The position numbers were made by a program, and so were the translations under genes. This document shows, piece by piece, positions 1 through 8,142 of a DNA stretch of 64,000 nt. The notes under the pieces are model-generated. The model saw only the letters and a list, made by a program, of their open reading frames with translations, made no database searches and was not told the DNA's origin. Within the stretch, counting starts at the first letter, position 1. Each line of letters begins with the position of its first letter. This DNA comes from Candidatus Krumholzibacteriota bacterium (lineage in GTDB: Bacteria; Krumholzibacteriota; Krumholzibacteriia; JAJRXK01), in the NCBI GenBank assembly GCA_963764625.1, contig CAVXTH010000006.1, positions 448,001 to 512,000 of the forward strand. The letters are read 5' to 3'.

Positions 1-381
1 CAGGAATCTCTCTCCCTTCGCCCCCGGCTCGTTCAGGACCACTGCTTCGGGCGGGTCCTTGGGACTTTCCTCACGCAGGCGGCGGAACTCCTGCCCCCGG
101 TCCTTCACCTGGGCAATCCATCCTTCCTCGGGGAGAGGAGCAAAGTGGAGGTTCTGGCTCGTTCTGAGCGAATCGCTGAGTTCGGTGGGGAGCGACGGGT
201 CGAGATAGACCAGGCTGCTCGCCCTCTCGGTGGCGCCCTGAATGAGCAGGAAGACCTGCCAGGCCGAGAAGCCGAGAAAGGGGTAGAGGAAGAGCGGGAT
301 GAGGAAGAGGTGCACCACGAGGCTGCGGTCGCGGAGAGCCTCCCGCGACTCCTTCTTCAGAATTCGAAGTGCTTGCTTCAT
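1..381 (-). CDS. ABC-2/NatB-like ABC transporter permease, N-terminal part (runs off window)
   Basis: Not in the ORF track. Translated by hand from ATG at 381: MKQALRILKKESREALRDRSLVVHLFLIPLFLYPFLGF..., the typical 'KKE..LRDR' plus TM helix start of NatB-like permeases. Frame stays open to position 1. Confidence 0.7.
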   Translation of the reverse strand, partial: MKQALRILKKESREALRDRSLVVHLFLIPLFLYPFLGFSAWQVFLLIQGATERASSLVYLDPSLPTELSDSLRTSQNLHFAPLPEEGWIAQVKDRGQEFRRLREESPKDPPEAVVLNEPGAKGERFL

Positions 382-458
382 CGTGATCGAGGGTGGGGCG
401 CCGTGAGTGCCCATACTCGCGGGCCCGTGCATTCAGGTCAAGCGCCGGCTGCGTCGGC

Positions 459-1130
459 TCAGGCTTCTGCCAGTCCCTCGCGAATGGCGAAGCGAGCCAG
501 CTCGACGCGGTCGTGGATGTTGAGCTTGGCCATGAGCCGCGCGCTGTGATTCTCCACCGTCTTCACGCTCAGGTGCATGGTGCGTGCGATTTCTTTCTTG
601 GGCAGTCCCTGAGCGATGTATCGGAGGACTTCGATCTCGCGCTGCGTCAAGAGCGAGACCGCGGTCTTTCCCTTTCCGGCGAGTTCCACCCGGTCGTCAT
701 CCACCAACAGACGGGCGCGCACCTGCTCGGAGAAGTACGACCCCCCCGAGGCGACTTCTCGAATGGCTTCGAGGAGCACCGAGGGCTCATCCGATTTCAC
801 CACGTATCCTCGGGCCTTCACCCTCAGAGCTTGCTCGATGTAGTGGTCGTGGAAGAACGCGCTCACGAAGATGATCTTGGGGGGTTCGTCCTGCGCGTTG
901 AGGCGGTGCGCGGCGTCGAAGCAGATCATGCCCGGCATGTCGATGTCCATGAGGATGATGTTGGGCTTCAGCTGCTCGACTTTCTGGAGCAAGTCGTCCG
1001 CGCCGGGAAGGGTGTCAACCACCTCGAACCCCTCTTGGCGCGAGAGCTGGGCGGCCAGCGCTTCGCGCACCAGAGTGTGATCGTCCACGATCAGGATCTT
1101 GAGCCGGGCAGAAGATGCTTTCGCGTTCAC
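459..1130 (-). CDS. NarL/FixJ-family response regulator (REC + LuxR HTH)
   Basis: ILIVDDH...ILMDIDMPG...VVKS receiver motifs; C-terminal LTQREIEVL...KEIA...SVKTVENH LuxR HTH. Confidence 0.93.
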   Translation of the reverse strand: MNAKASSARLKILIVDDHTLVREALAAQLSRQEGFEVVDTLPGADDLLQKVEQLKPNIILMDIDMPGMICFDAAHRLNAQDEPPKIIFVSAFFHDHYIEQALRVKARGYVVKSDEPSVLLEAIREVASGGSYFSEQVRARLLVDDDRVELAGKGKTAVSLLTQREIEVLRYIAQGLPKKEIARTMHLSVKTVENHSARLMAKLNIHDRVELARFAIREGLAEA

Positions 1131-1900
1131 CGTGAATCATCTCCATTCTCCCAGCGGCATCGGTTGATCTCGGCAAGCAGCCGTGCGATGGGAAAGGGCT
1201 TATGCAGCACGACGAGCGAGGGGCCCTCCTCCACCTCGGCGCGTTGTTTCGATTCGGTGCTCATGAGGATCACCGGGAGGGTGGGGTATTTCGCGCGAAT
1301 GCGCAGCGCGCCCGCGCCCTTCTCCATTCCCCGAAGGGCCGAATCGACCACGAGCACCGGATGACGTGCCGCGTATTCGTCGCACAGGCGAAGGACCTCT
1401 TTGAAGCCGGAAGCCACGATGATCTCGTTTCCCGCCGCTTTGAGCCCGCTGCTCAGGATCGAGCGAATGAAGGTGTCGGCCACCGCGAATAGCACCAGGC
1501 CGGTCGAGCCGGGCGCGAGATCTTCGCACTCCCCTGGAGTTTCCGCCGGCCCATCTCCGTTCTCGTCCCCGGAACTCGACACCCTCGCGAGTTGCGTCTT
1601 GGGGGAGGATGTGCCGACGGTTTGATAGAGTTCGTCGTAGCGCAGGACTTCCTCCGAAAACCCCTGGATCGAGCGGGCTGCCGAATGGGCGGCCTCGACC
1701 GCCTTGGCAATCGCGCCCCTAGCCTCGTGCTCTTCGCCGAGCTGTCCGGCCGCGAGATCTATGTAGCCCAGTACCGCGGTGAGCGCATTGCTCACTTCGT
1801 GAGCGGTGCTCCGGCTCAGAAGAATGAGCGCCGCGAGGGCGTCTTCGGGAGACTGTGCCCGCTGGGACCAGGATCTCGGCTCATCGTGGGCAGCGAACAT
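1127..1900 (-). CDS. HisKA (DHp) + atypical receiver-domain protein lacking a HATPase domain
   Basis: H-box STAHEVSNALTAVLGY, a low-complexity linker, then REC-like VLVVDS...PVILMS...LHKPF. Overlaps the response regulator start by 4 nt. Confidence 0.7.
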   Translation of the reverse strand: MFAAHDEPRSWSQRAQSPEDALAALILLSRSTAHEVSNALTAVLGYIDLAAGQLGEEHEARGAIAKAVEAAHSAARSIQGFSEEVLRYDELYQTVGTSSPKTQLARVSSSGDENGDGPAETPGECEDLAPGSTGLVLFAVADTFIRSILSSGLKAAGNEIIVASGFKEVLRLCDEYAARHPVLVVDSALRGMEKGAGALRIRAKYPTLPVILMSTESKQRAEVEEGPSLVVLHKPFPIARLLAEINRCRWENGDDSR

Positions 1901-1907
1901 GATCTCC

Positions 1908-3131
1908 CTAAATAGCCTCGAAGACTCTGGTGATGATCGAAAGGGCTTGCTCCATTTCCTCGTCCGTGATGATCAGGGGAGGCGCGAAGCGGATGATGTT
2001 CCCGTGGGTTTGCTTGGCGAGAAGACCGTTCTCCTTCAGCGCCACGCAGATGTCCCAGGCTTCGAATCCCTCATCGAAAACCACGGCGTTGAGTAGGCCC
2101 TTACCGCGCACCAGTTGAATGCGCGGACAGTCGATGGCGCGCAGGCGCTCGCGCAAGTGCTCTCCGAGCTCGTTGGAGCGTTGGGCCAGGTTTTCACTCT
2201 CCAGGACCTCGATCGCAGCTTCGCCCACGGCCGCGGCCAGGGGATTGCCTCCGAAAGTGGAGCCGTGGGATCCGGGAGTGAAGACTCCCAAGACGCTCTC
2301 GTCCGCGACGACGGCCGAAACGGGAAGGACTCCTCCGCCGAGGGCCTTGCCCAAGCACATCATGTCCGGCCGCACGTCCTCGTAGTCGCACGCGAATTTC
2401 TTGCCCGTCCGGCAGAACCCGGTTTGGATTTCGTCCGCGATCATGAGGATGCCGTGCCGGGTGCAGATCTCGCGAACCTGCCTGAGATATCCGTCGTCGG
2501 GAAGATTGACGCCAGCCTCACCCTGAATGGGCTCCACCAAGAAAGCGGCGGTGTTCTCGTTGATCGCTTCTTCCAGCGCGCTGGGATCGTTGTAGGGAAT
2601 CACGGGAAAGCCCGGAGTGAAGGGGCCGAAGCCCTCACGGGCAATCGGGTCGGTGGAGAACGAGATGATGCTGATGGTGCGGCCATGGAAATTCTCGCGG
2701 CAGCAGATGATCTCTTGTTTCCCGTCTTCGATTCCCTTCACCTGGTGACCCCAACGGCGCGCGGTCTTGAGCGCGGTCTCCACTGCCTCGGCGCCCGTAT
2801 TCATGGGAAGGGCCATTCCGTAACCGGTGTAGGCGCAGAGGCGCTCGAGGAATCCGCCCATGCGGTCGTTGTGAAAGGCACGGCTGGTGAGCGTGCAGCG
2901 GCCCGCCTGCTCGATGAGGGCCGCCATGATGCGTGGGTGCCGGTGACCCTGGTTCACGGCTGAATAGGCCGAGAGGAAGTCCATGTAGCGCCGGCCTTCC
3001 GGGTCTTCGACCCACACTCCCTGGGCGGTCGAGATCACGACGGGCAGCGGATGATAGTTGTGGGCCCCCACCCGCTCGGTGAGTTCCATGATGGATTCGC
3101 TGCTCATGGTGAGCGTCTTGCTTTCACTCAT
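1908..3131 (-). CDS. rocD: Ornithine aminotransferase (class III PLP)
   Basis: GAHNYHPLPVV, FLSAYSAVNQGH, EPIQGEAG, ADEIQTG, LGKALGGG, HGSTFGGNP. Start taken at MSESK (3131). Confidence 0.92.
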   Translation of the reverse strand: MSESKTLTMSSESIMELTERVGAHNYHPLPVVISTAQGVWVEDPEGRRYMDFLSAYSAVNQGHRHPRIMAALIEQAGRCTLTSRAFHNDRMGGFLERLCAYTGYGMALPMNTGAEAVETALKTARRWGHQVKGIEDGKQEIICCRENFHGRTISIISFSTDPIAREGFGPFTPGFPVIPYNDPSALEEAINENTAAFLVEPIQGEAGVNLPDDGYLRQVREICTRHGILMIADEIQTGFCRTGKKFACDYEDVRPDMMCLGKALGGGVLPVSAVVADESVLGVFTPGSHGSTFGGNPLAAAVGEAAIEVLESENLAQRSNELGEHLRERLRAIDCPRIQLVRGKGLLNAVVFDEGFEAWDICVALKENGLLAKQTHGNIIRFAPPLIITDEEMEQALSIITRVFEAI

Positions 3132-3228
3132 GTCCGGGTCGTCCTTTCCCAAGGATGGAGGCAGTTCGGGCTCGGTCCGAAGATGCTGCCTCGGAGGGAT
3201 CGAAATGGGCCCAATTTGGCGCGGGCTC

Positions 3229-3256
3229 TTGACAAGGAGAACTTCTGGACCAATCT
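3229..3256 (+). promoter_or_regulatory. Candidate sigma70 promoter for the MauE/DoxX gene
   Basis: TTGACA (3229-3234), 16 nt spacer, CAATCT, lying 10 nt before ATG 3267. Confidence 0.4.
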
Positions 3257-3266
3257 AGTTCGAACC

Positions 3267-4313
3267 ATGAACCAGGCAAAAAGCTTAGCGCAAAGCGCTC
3301 CCGAAGAGTACCCCTCACGCGGCACGGACCGCGCGCGAGCCCTCGCCCAGGGGGCCTCCATGTTCTTGGGACTGCTCCTTCTCCTCTCTGCCACGGCAAA
3401 GATCGCGGCCCCCAAGTCCTTCCTGGACGTCCTGGGGCAGTTCGGCATCCTGCCGCAGGACTTCCTCGTGCCGGTCGGGGCAGGGTTGGTAGGGCTGGAG
3501 CTCTCCCTCGCCGTGCTCTTCATCACCGGCGCGTTCCGCCGCGCGGCCGCGTGGTTGAATCTCATGCTGATGATGCTCTTCGTGGGCCTCATGGCCGAGG
3601 CGATTCGCAGGGGGTTCGAGCATTGCGGGTGTTTCGGCGAGGTCCTACGCCTGGCTCCCAAGCAGGAGATTTGGATCGACGTCCTGCTCTTGGCACTCAC
3701 GGTGGTCGTGCTCTGGCGCGGAGAGAACCGCCAGTGGGGCAGCGCTGGTCTGCGTCACACCGTGGCCTGGGGCATGCTGTGCCTCGGCTCGTTTCTCTTT
3801 CTCTTGGGTGGTCCCGCGCCGGCCACGACGGGGGAGTACGAGTTTGATCCCGCCGCGCTCTCGGCTCTTCAGGGAGCGGACCCTCCGTTGAAGTTGCCGG
3901 AGAACGGGATGATCTTTCTCTTCTCGGCCAACTGCGATCACTGCTGGGCCTTCGCGGGGGGAGTGCAGATGACCGCGGACAAGCTGGTCGGGTTCGAAGT
4001 CCACGGGGTCACCTTCAGTCCCATGAACGAAGTGCTCCGCTTCAAGGAGACCTTTCAGCCCACCTATCCAATCCACCGGATCTCCCAGCAGGCGTTCGAT
4101 CGACTCATCGACGTCTACCCGGGGGCCCTGTGGATCAAAGATGGGGAGGTGGCGGGAGCGTGGAGCGAATTCGTACCCTCGCATCGCGAGCTGTCCGATC
4201 TCGGAGGCTACGACATCCGCCAGACCGGCGCGGCGAGCCAAATCCCTAGCTCCGAGGGCGGCCCGGATTCCAGTGCCGGGCTCTTCGGCGGGACCGTCAG
4301 CAGCCGGCACTGA
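3267..4313 (+). CDS. MauE/DoxX-family membrane protein fused to a thioredoxin-like CxxC domain
   Basis: TM helices with the CGCFG motif, followed by a soluble domain containing LFSANCDHC. Confidence 0.75.
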   Translation: MNQAKSLAQSAPEEYPSRGTDRARALAQGASMFLGLLLLLSATAKIAAPKSFLDVLGQFGILPQDFLVPVGAGLVGLELSLAVLFITGAFRRAAAWLNLMLMMLFVGLMAEAIRRGFEHCGCFGEVLRLAPKQEIWIDVLLLALTVVVLWRGENRQWGSAGLRHTVAWGMLCLGSFLFLLGGPAPATTGEYEFDPAALSALQGADPPLKLPENGMIFLFSANCDHCWAFAGGVQMTADKLVGFEVHGVTFSPMNEVLRFKETFQPTYPIHRISQQAFDRLIDVYPGALWIKDGEVAGAWSEFVPSHRELSDLGGYDIRQTGAASQIPSSEGGPDSSAGLFGGTVSSRH

Positions 4314-4346
4314 ATCTCCAGCCCCGGACGAATTCCAAGTGAAAGA

Positions 4347-7300
4347 TCAGCGGATGAGGGCCATCTTCCTCGTCTCGGTGAATCCCAGTCCCTTGACCTG
4401 GTAGAGATACACACCGCTCGACACGCTGGCTCCGTGATCGTTCTTCCCGTCCCATCTCACCGCAGTCGTCACGCCTCCCTCCACCACTTGATCGAAGAGA
4501 GCGCGTACGAGCTGGCCTCTGAGATTGTACACTTTGACCCCCACCTCACCCCGCGCCGGCGAAGTGAAGCGAATCGTCGTCGAAGGGTTGAACGGATTGG
4601 GGTGATTCTGCTCCACCAGCAAATGCCGAATTCCCGGCGCCCCGGCCTGGGTCGCAGCTCCGGGCATCACGTTCTCTCCGAACGCGGTCAACACCTCGCC
4701 CAAGAAAAGCGAACGGTCGGACACGCCGGTCGAGGTCTTCGAAAACGTGTCGACCACGTAGTTGAGGCCAAAGGGGAAAGTGAGGTCCACGCGCCGGTAG
4801 GAGTCGAGGCCCACGAATTCGTTGCGTTCGTACCAGATGCCCGCGGCGGGAGGCAGGACGGGTCCGCCCGCGCCGCCGTCGGTGAACTGGTGAGACACGA
4901 CCGCGCCCGAACCGTTGAACACCTGGAGGTAGTCGAACTTGTTGATGGAGGGACAGCCTCCATTGGCCGCGACGCCGGTGACGAAGGTCGAAGCCGGCGT
5001 GCCACTGGGCTGCACGTAGGGGGCCACCTGTCCGTTCAATGCCGAACGCGCGTCAGCCGAGACCAGATCGACTCCCATGGTATTCTGCAGGTAGCCCAGC
5101 GTCGAGGAGCCCTGGTTGACCATCGCGGAGCCGATGTTGTCGGCGAAATAGGCGACGTAGCGGTCACCGGCGAGATGATGCCAATCCTCCAGGGTGGCCA
5201 GATCGTTGCTCTTGTCGTTCCCGTTCTGGTTGCTTCCGTCGCTGATCAGTCCGGACGAGAGGTTCCCCGCAAGGTAGAGAATCGTGTGATAGCCCGAGAG
5301 TTGTTGTCCCGTCGCGCCATGAACTCCCGCGGATCCGATTCCGTTGCCCACCAAGGAGCTGGGTCCCACCACGGTATAGGTGTCGAAATCCACTCCTTCG
5401 ACCAGACCGTTTTGGGCCAGGGCGTAGAGGTATTCCGACTCCCCGCCACGGGGGCCGAAGTCCTTGACAGTGAGTGACGCCTCGTCGTCGACGTCCTGAG
5501 CGATCGCTCGCTTCGCCTGTGCGTGGAGGATCGGAGATTCCTCTCCACGACGGCCGAAGTCATTGATGACCAGAATGGAGGGCTGCCTCAGTCCCCCGAG
5601 TCCATCCGGAACCACCGTGGGCAGCGCATGGACGGTGGACGATCTTGCGTATCCACTGCCCGAGAGGAATCCGGTGGTGTCAGGCGGCATGGTGCTGGTT
5701 TCACCGATGCTGTCCTCCGCTTCGAGGAACCACCGGAAGATGTCGCCGGGGAAGAACATCGCGTCCTCCGCAGCCTGATAGGGTTGGGCGGCAGGTCCGT
5801 CATTTGGTGCGTCAAAGAAGAATTGGTCCTCGACTGCTTTGCCGAACGCAGTTCGAGCGCTGTCGCCCTCCACCGTTCCCGTCCAGACCGGGAACCCCCG
5901 GCTACTGATTCCGGACATGACCGCCCCGGGGGGAAGGACCCTGACGGCATCGAAGGCAGGGTTCGCGTCGAGCGCCCAGCGCATCACCGGGAGACCGTTG
6001 CTGCCGGGACCCACGATGGTGGACCCCGGGTTCGCGGCCTTGATGGTCACGACCATCGAATCGCCGGCCACGTTGGCCGCGCCATCGGCGTTGATGTCCC
6101 GGGCGGCATCGATCCTCACCGAGGCGTTCGCCGCGTCGCCTTGCCAGTCACTCGTCCCAGTGTTGGAAAAACTGTCCTGAAAGAGATCGAGGTTGGTGCT
6201 GCTGAAGGCCGGACCCGCCGCGTCATACTTCCAGAAGCTGACGTCATCGAAGAGCGGGGAAGGGGTGGCGTCGCCTCCTGGCAGGTTGAAGTACTGGGCC
6301 AGGTCCTCGACTCCCAGCGCGATCTGGACCTTTTGTGGGTTCTGGACCAGCAGATCGGTCACGTCGTTCGTGATGGTGACGTAGAGCGGATCGTTTCCGT
6401 AATACACGAAGCCCCGATCCCGCCAAGGGGACCAGTTCCCGTTTCCGTCCGGATAGCTGCGAACTTTCCAGGTCCAGAAGATCCCGTTCGCCAGCGGTAA
6501 GTGCTGCCAGACCGAGAACTGGAGAATCGCCCCGCCCTGAATGGCGTCGTCAACGCTCGTGTTGGAGTCGTTCCAGGCGATCTCCGGAGACCAGAACTCG
6601 TTCATGAGCGATCCCGCGCTGGGATCGATTCCACCCTGGTAGTTGACCACGAACCCCCCGTCGGTACCATACGCCCAGGTTCCCGAGACCGAGCCCCCGG
6701 TCGTTTCCGTCGAGTTCAGGGGCGGTCTTCCGTCGTCGATGAACCCGATCTGCGCCGCGTTGTCGCTCGCGCAGGGATCGATGTCCACGAACAGTGGCCA
6801 GAGCCGGCCGAAGTTTCCCACGAAGCGCGACGGGGAGGCAGTCCAACCGTCGGTGTCGAAGGTGCCACCGCCGGCATCCTCGAAGGTGGCGAGGCCGTCG
6901 CCGTTGGACGTCGCCGGCGACCCGTTGAAGTAAACCCGGATGTTGTCGACCTGCACCGCTCCGTCGCTGGGATACAGACCGTCCTCGTCAGACCCGGAAG
7001 CGTCCGTCTGAACGCGAAGTCGAAGGTGCACCTGGGCGTTGGAGTACATGAGCGGCGTGTAGTGAATGGTCTGGTCGAAGAGCGCCGGGGTGCCGAAGTT
7101 GCCGCCGGCGTCCCGGGTATCACCGGTGAAGGTCGCCCAGGTCTTCATGACCCCGGCCGAGTCGTATTCGACTACGAAGAAATCGCTGTTCGGCTCGATA
7201 TCGAGATTGTAATCGAAAGTGAGGCGGACGTTGACACTCACCACCGGATTGGTGGGAGCTAGCCAATCGAGCTGGTCATCCATGTCGTTGGCATAGCCCG

Positions 7301-7724
7301 GAGCGGTGGCAAAGCCCGTCTCTCCTGCATCGACTCCGGAGAACATGGCGTGGTTCTGTCCGATCGCGTCCAGGTTCGAGGCATTGAATTCGCTTACATG
7401 CCACAGGGGCACATGTTCCGTGAGATCCACCGGCGTCCACCCCTGGAGGGTGGGGGTCAGGTCGGGAAGGTTGAACTGGCCTTCGGGGCGGCGATCGTTG
7501 AGTCCTTCGGGGTGGACTCCGCCGAAAATGTTCCAAAGCGAAGTGGTGGTCCCCGCGGCAAGGTTGGGCACGGAACCGTTGATGATGACGTTCGACCCGT
7601 ACTCCGCGATCTTGGGTTTGACCCCGTGCTCCAGAAGTTCCGCGGACGAATTGGCGAAGGAGGGGAGAGGCAGCGTACAGAGTGTCAACGCGAGACCGCA
7701 GGCGAGAACGCGGGTCGTGTGCAT
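4347..7724 (-). CDS. Large secreted protein with C-terminal FlgD-Ig / T9SS type A-like sorting domain
   Basis: Signal peptide at the N-terminus; C-terminal NHPNPFNPSTTIRF...VYNLRGQLV...WDGKNDHGASVSSGVYLYQV...TRKMALIR. Confidence 0.85.
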   Translation of the reverse strand: MHTTRVLACGLALTLCTLPLPSFANSSAELLEHGVKPKIAEYGSNVIINGSVPNLAAGTTTSLWNIFGGVHPEGLNDRRPEGQFNLPDLTPTLQGWTPVDLTEHVPLWHVSEFNASNLDAIGQNHAMFSGVDAGETGFATAPGYANDMDDQLDWLAPTNPVVSVNVRLTFDYNLDIEPNSDFFVVEYDSAGVMKTWATFTGDTRDAGGNFGTPALFDQTIHYTPLMYSNAQVHLRLRVQTDASGSDEDGLYPSDGAVQVDNIRVYFNGSPATSNGDGLATFEDAGGGTFDTDGWTASPSRFVGNFGRLWPLFVDIDPCASDNAAQIGFIDDGRPPLNSTETTGGSVSGTWAYGTDGGFVVNYQGGIDPSAGSLMNEFWSPEIAWNDSNTSVDDAIQGGAILQFSVWQHLPLANGIFWTWKVRSYPDGNGNWSPWRDRGFVYYGNDPLYVTITNDVTDLLVQNPQKVQIALGVEDLAQYFNLPGGDATPSPLFDDVSFWKYDAAGPAFSSTNLDLFQDSFSNTGTSDWQGDAANASVRIDAARDINADGAANVAGDSMVVTIKAANPGSTIVGPGSNGLPVMRWALDANPAFDAVRVLPPGAVMSGISSRGFPVWTGTVEGDSARTAFGKAVEDQFFFDAPNDGPAAQPYQAAEDAMFFPGDIFRWFLEAEDSIGETSTMPPDTTGFLSGSGYARSSTVHALPTVVPDGLGGLRQPSILVINDFGRRGEESPILHAQAKRAIAQDVDDEASLTVKDFGPRGGESEYLYALAQNGLVEGVDFDTYTVVGPSSLVGNGIGSAGVHGATGQQLSGYHTILYLAGNLSSGLISDGSNQNGNDKSNDLATLEDWHHLAGDRYVAYFADNIGSAMVNQGSSTLGYLQNTMGVDLVSADARSALNGQVAPYVQPSGTPASTFVTGVAANGGCPSINKFDYLQVFNGSGAVVSHQFTDGGAGGPVLPPAAGIWYERNEFVGLDSYRRVDLTFPFGLNYVVDTFSKTSTGVSDRSLFLGEVLTAFGENVMPGAATQAGAPGIRHLLVEQNHPNPFNPSTTIRFTSPARGEVGVKVYNLRGQLVRALFDQVVEGGVTTAVRWDGKNDHGASVSSGVYLYQVKGLGFTETRKMALIR
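5437..5567. repeat. Imperfect 32-nt direct repeat (99-nt period) inside the large secreted protein gene
   Basis: 5437-5468 vs 5536-5567 are 25/32 identical by hand alignment; they encode VKDFGPRGGES and INDFGRRGEES. Confidence 0.7.
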
Positions 7725-8142
7725 GGATGTTCCTTCCGAACAAACAAGGTCGGCATTGGAATCGTGGGAGGGCGAGGCGGAATCCCACTCCCTCCTTCAC
7801 GTTCAAATCGAACGCGCACTCTCAGGCAGGCGAGCTGGCGAGACTGGATCCGACTGCGGCGACAAGGGTGTACGGCAGCGGATACAGGAAGCCTATCCCG
7901 CGCGACGAGGCGGGAGGGAGCCGGCTAGACCTGGAGTCGGGCCCGTCACTTCAGCCCACTCAGTGTATCCCAAAGCGCGAGGTCTTGGCAATATGGCCCC
8001 CCGATTTCGACGCTGGCTCGGGGAGCGGAAGCGCATATATTCCCCACAATTAGGGTATTTCCCTTAGGACTTGAGCTCGGGACTCTCGGCGGAAAAACTC
8101 CTCGACGGTTCCGCGGTAAATCCATCCCCGGGAGAGTGGAGA

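Noticed and set aside
2061-2070. TTCGAATCCC, resembling a tRNA T-loop
   Set aside because: It lies inside rocD and no cloverleaf can be built around it.
7818-7828. ACTCTCAGGCA, resembling the 3' core of a glycine riboswitch
   Set aside because: The upstream GGAGA and CCGAAG elements are absent and the gene context does not fit.
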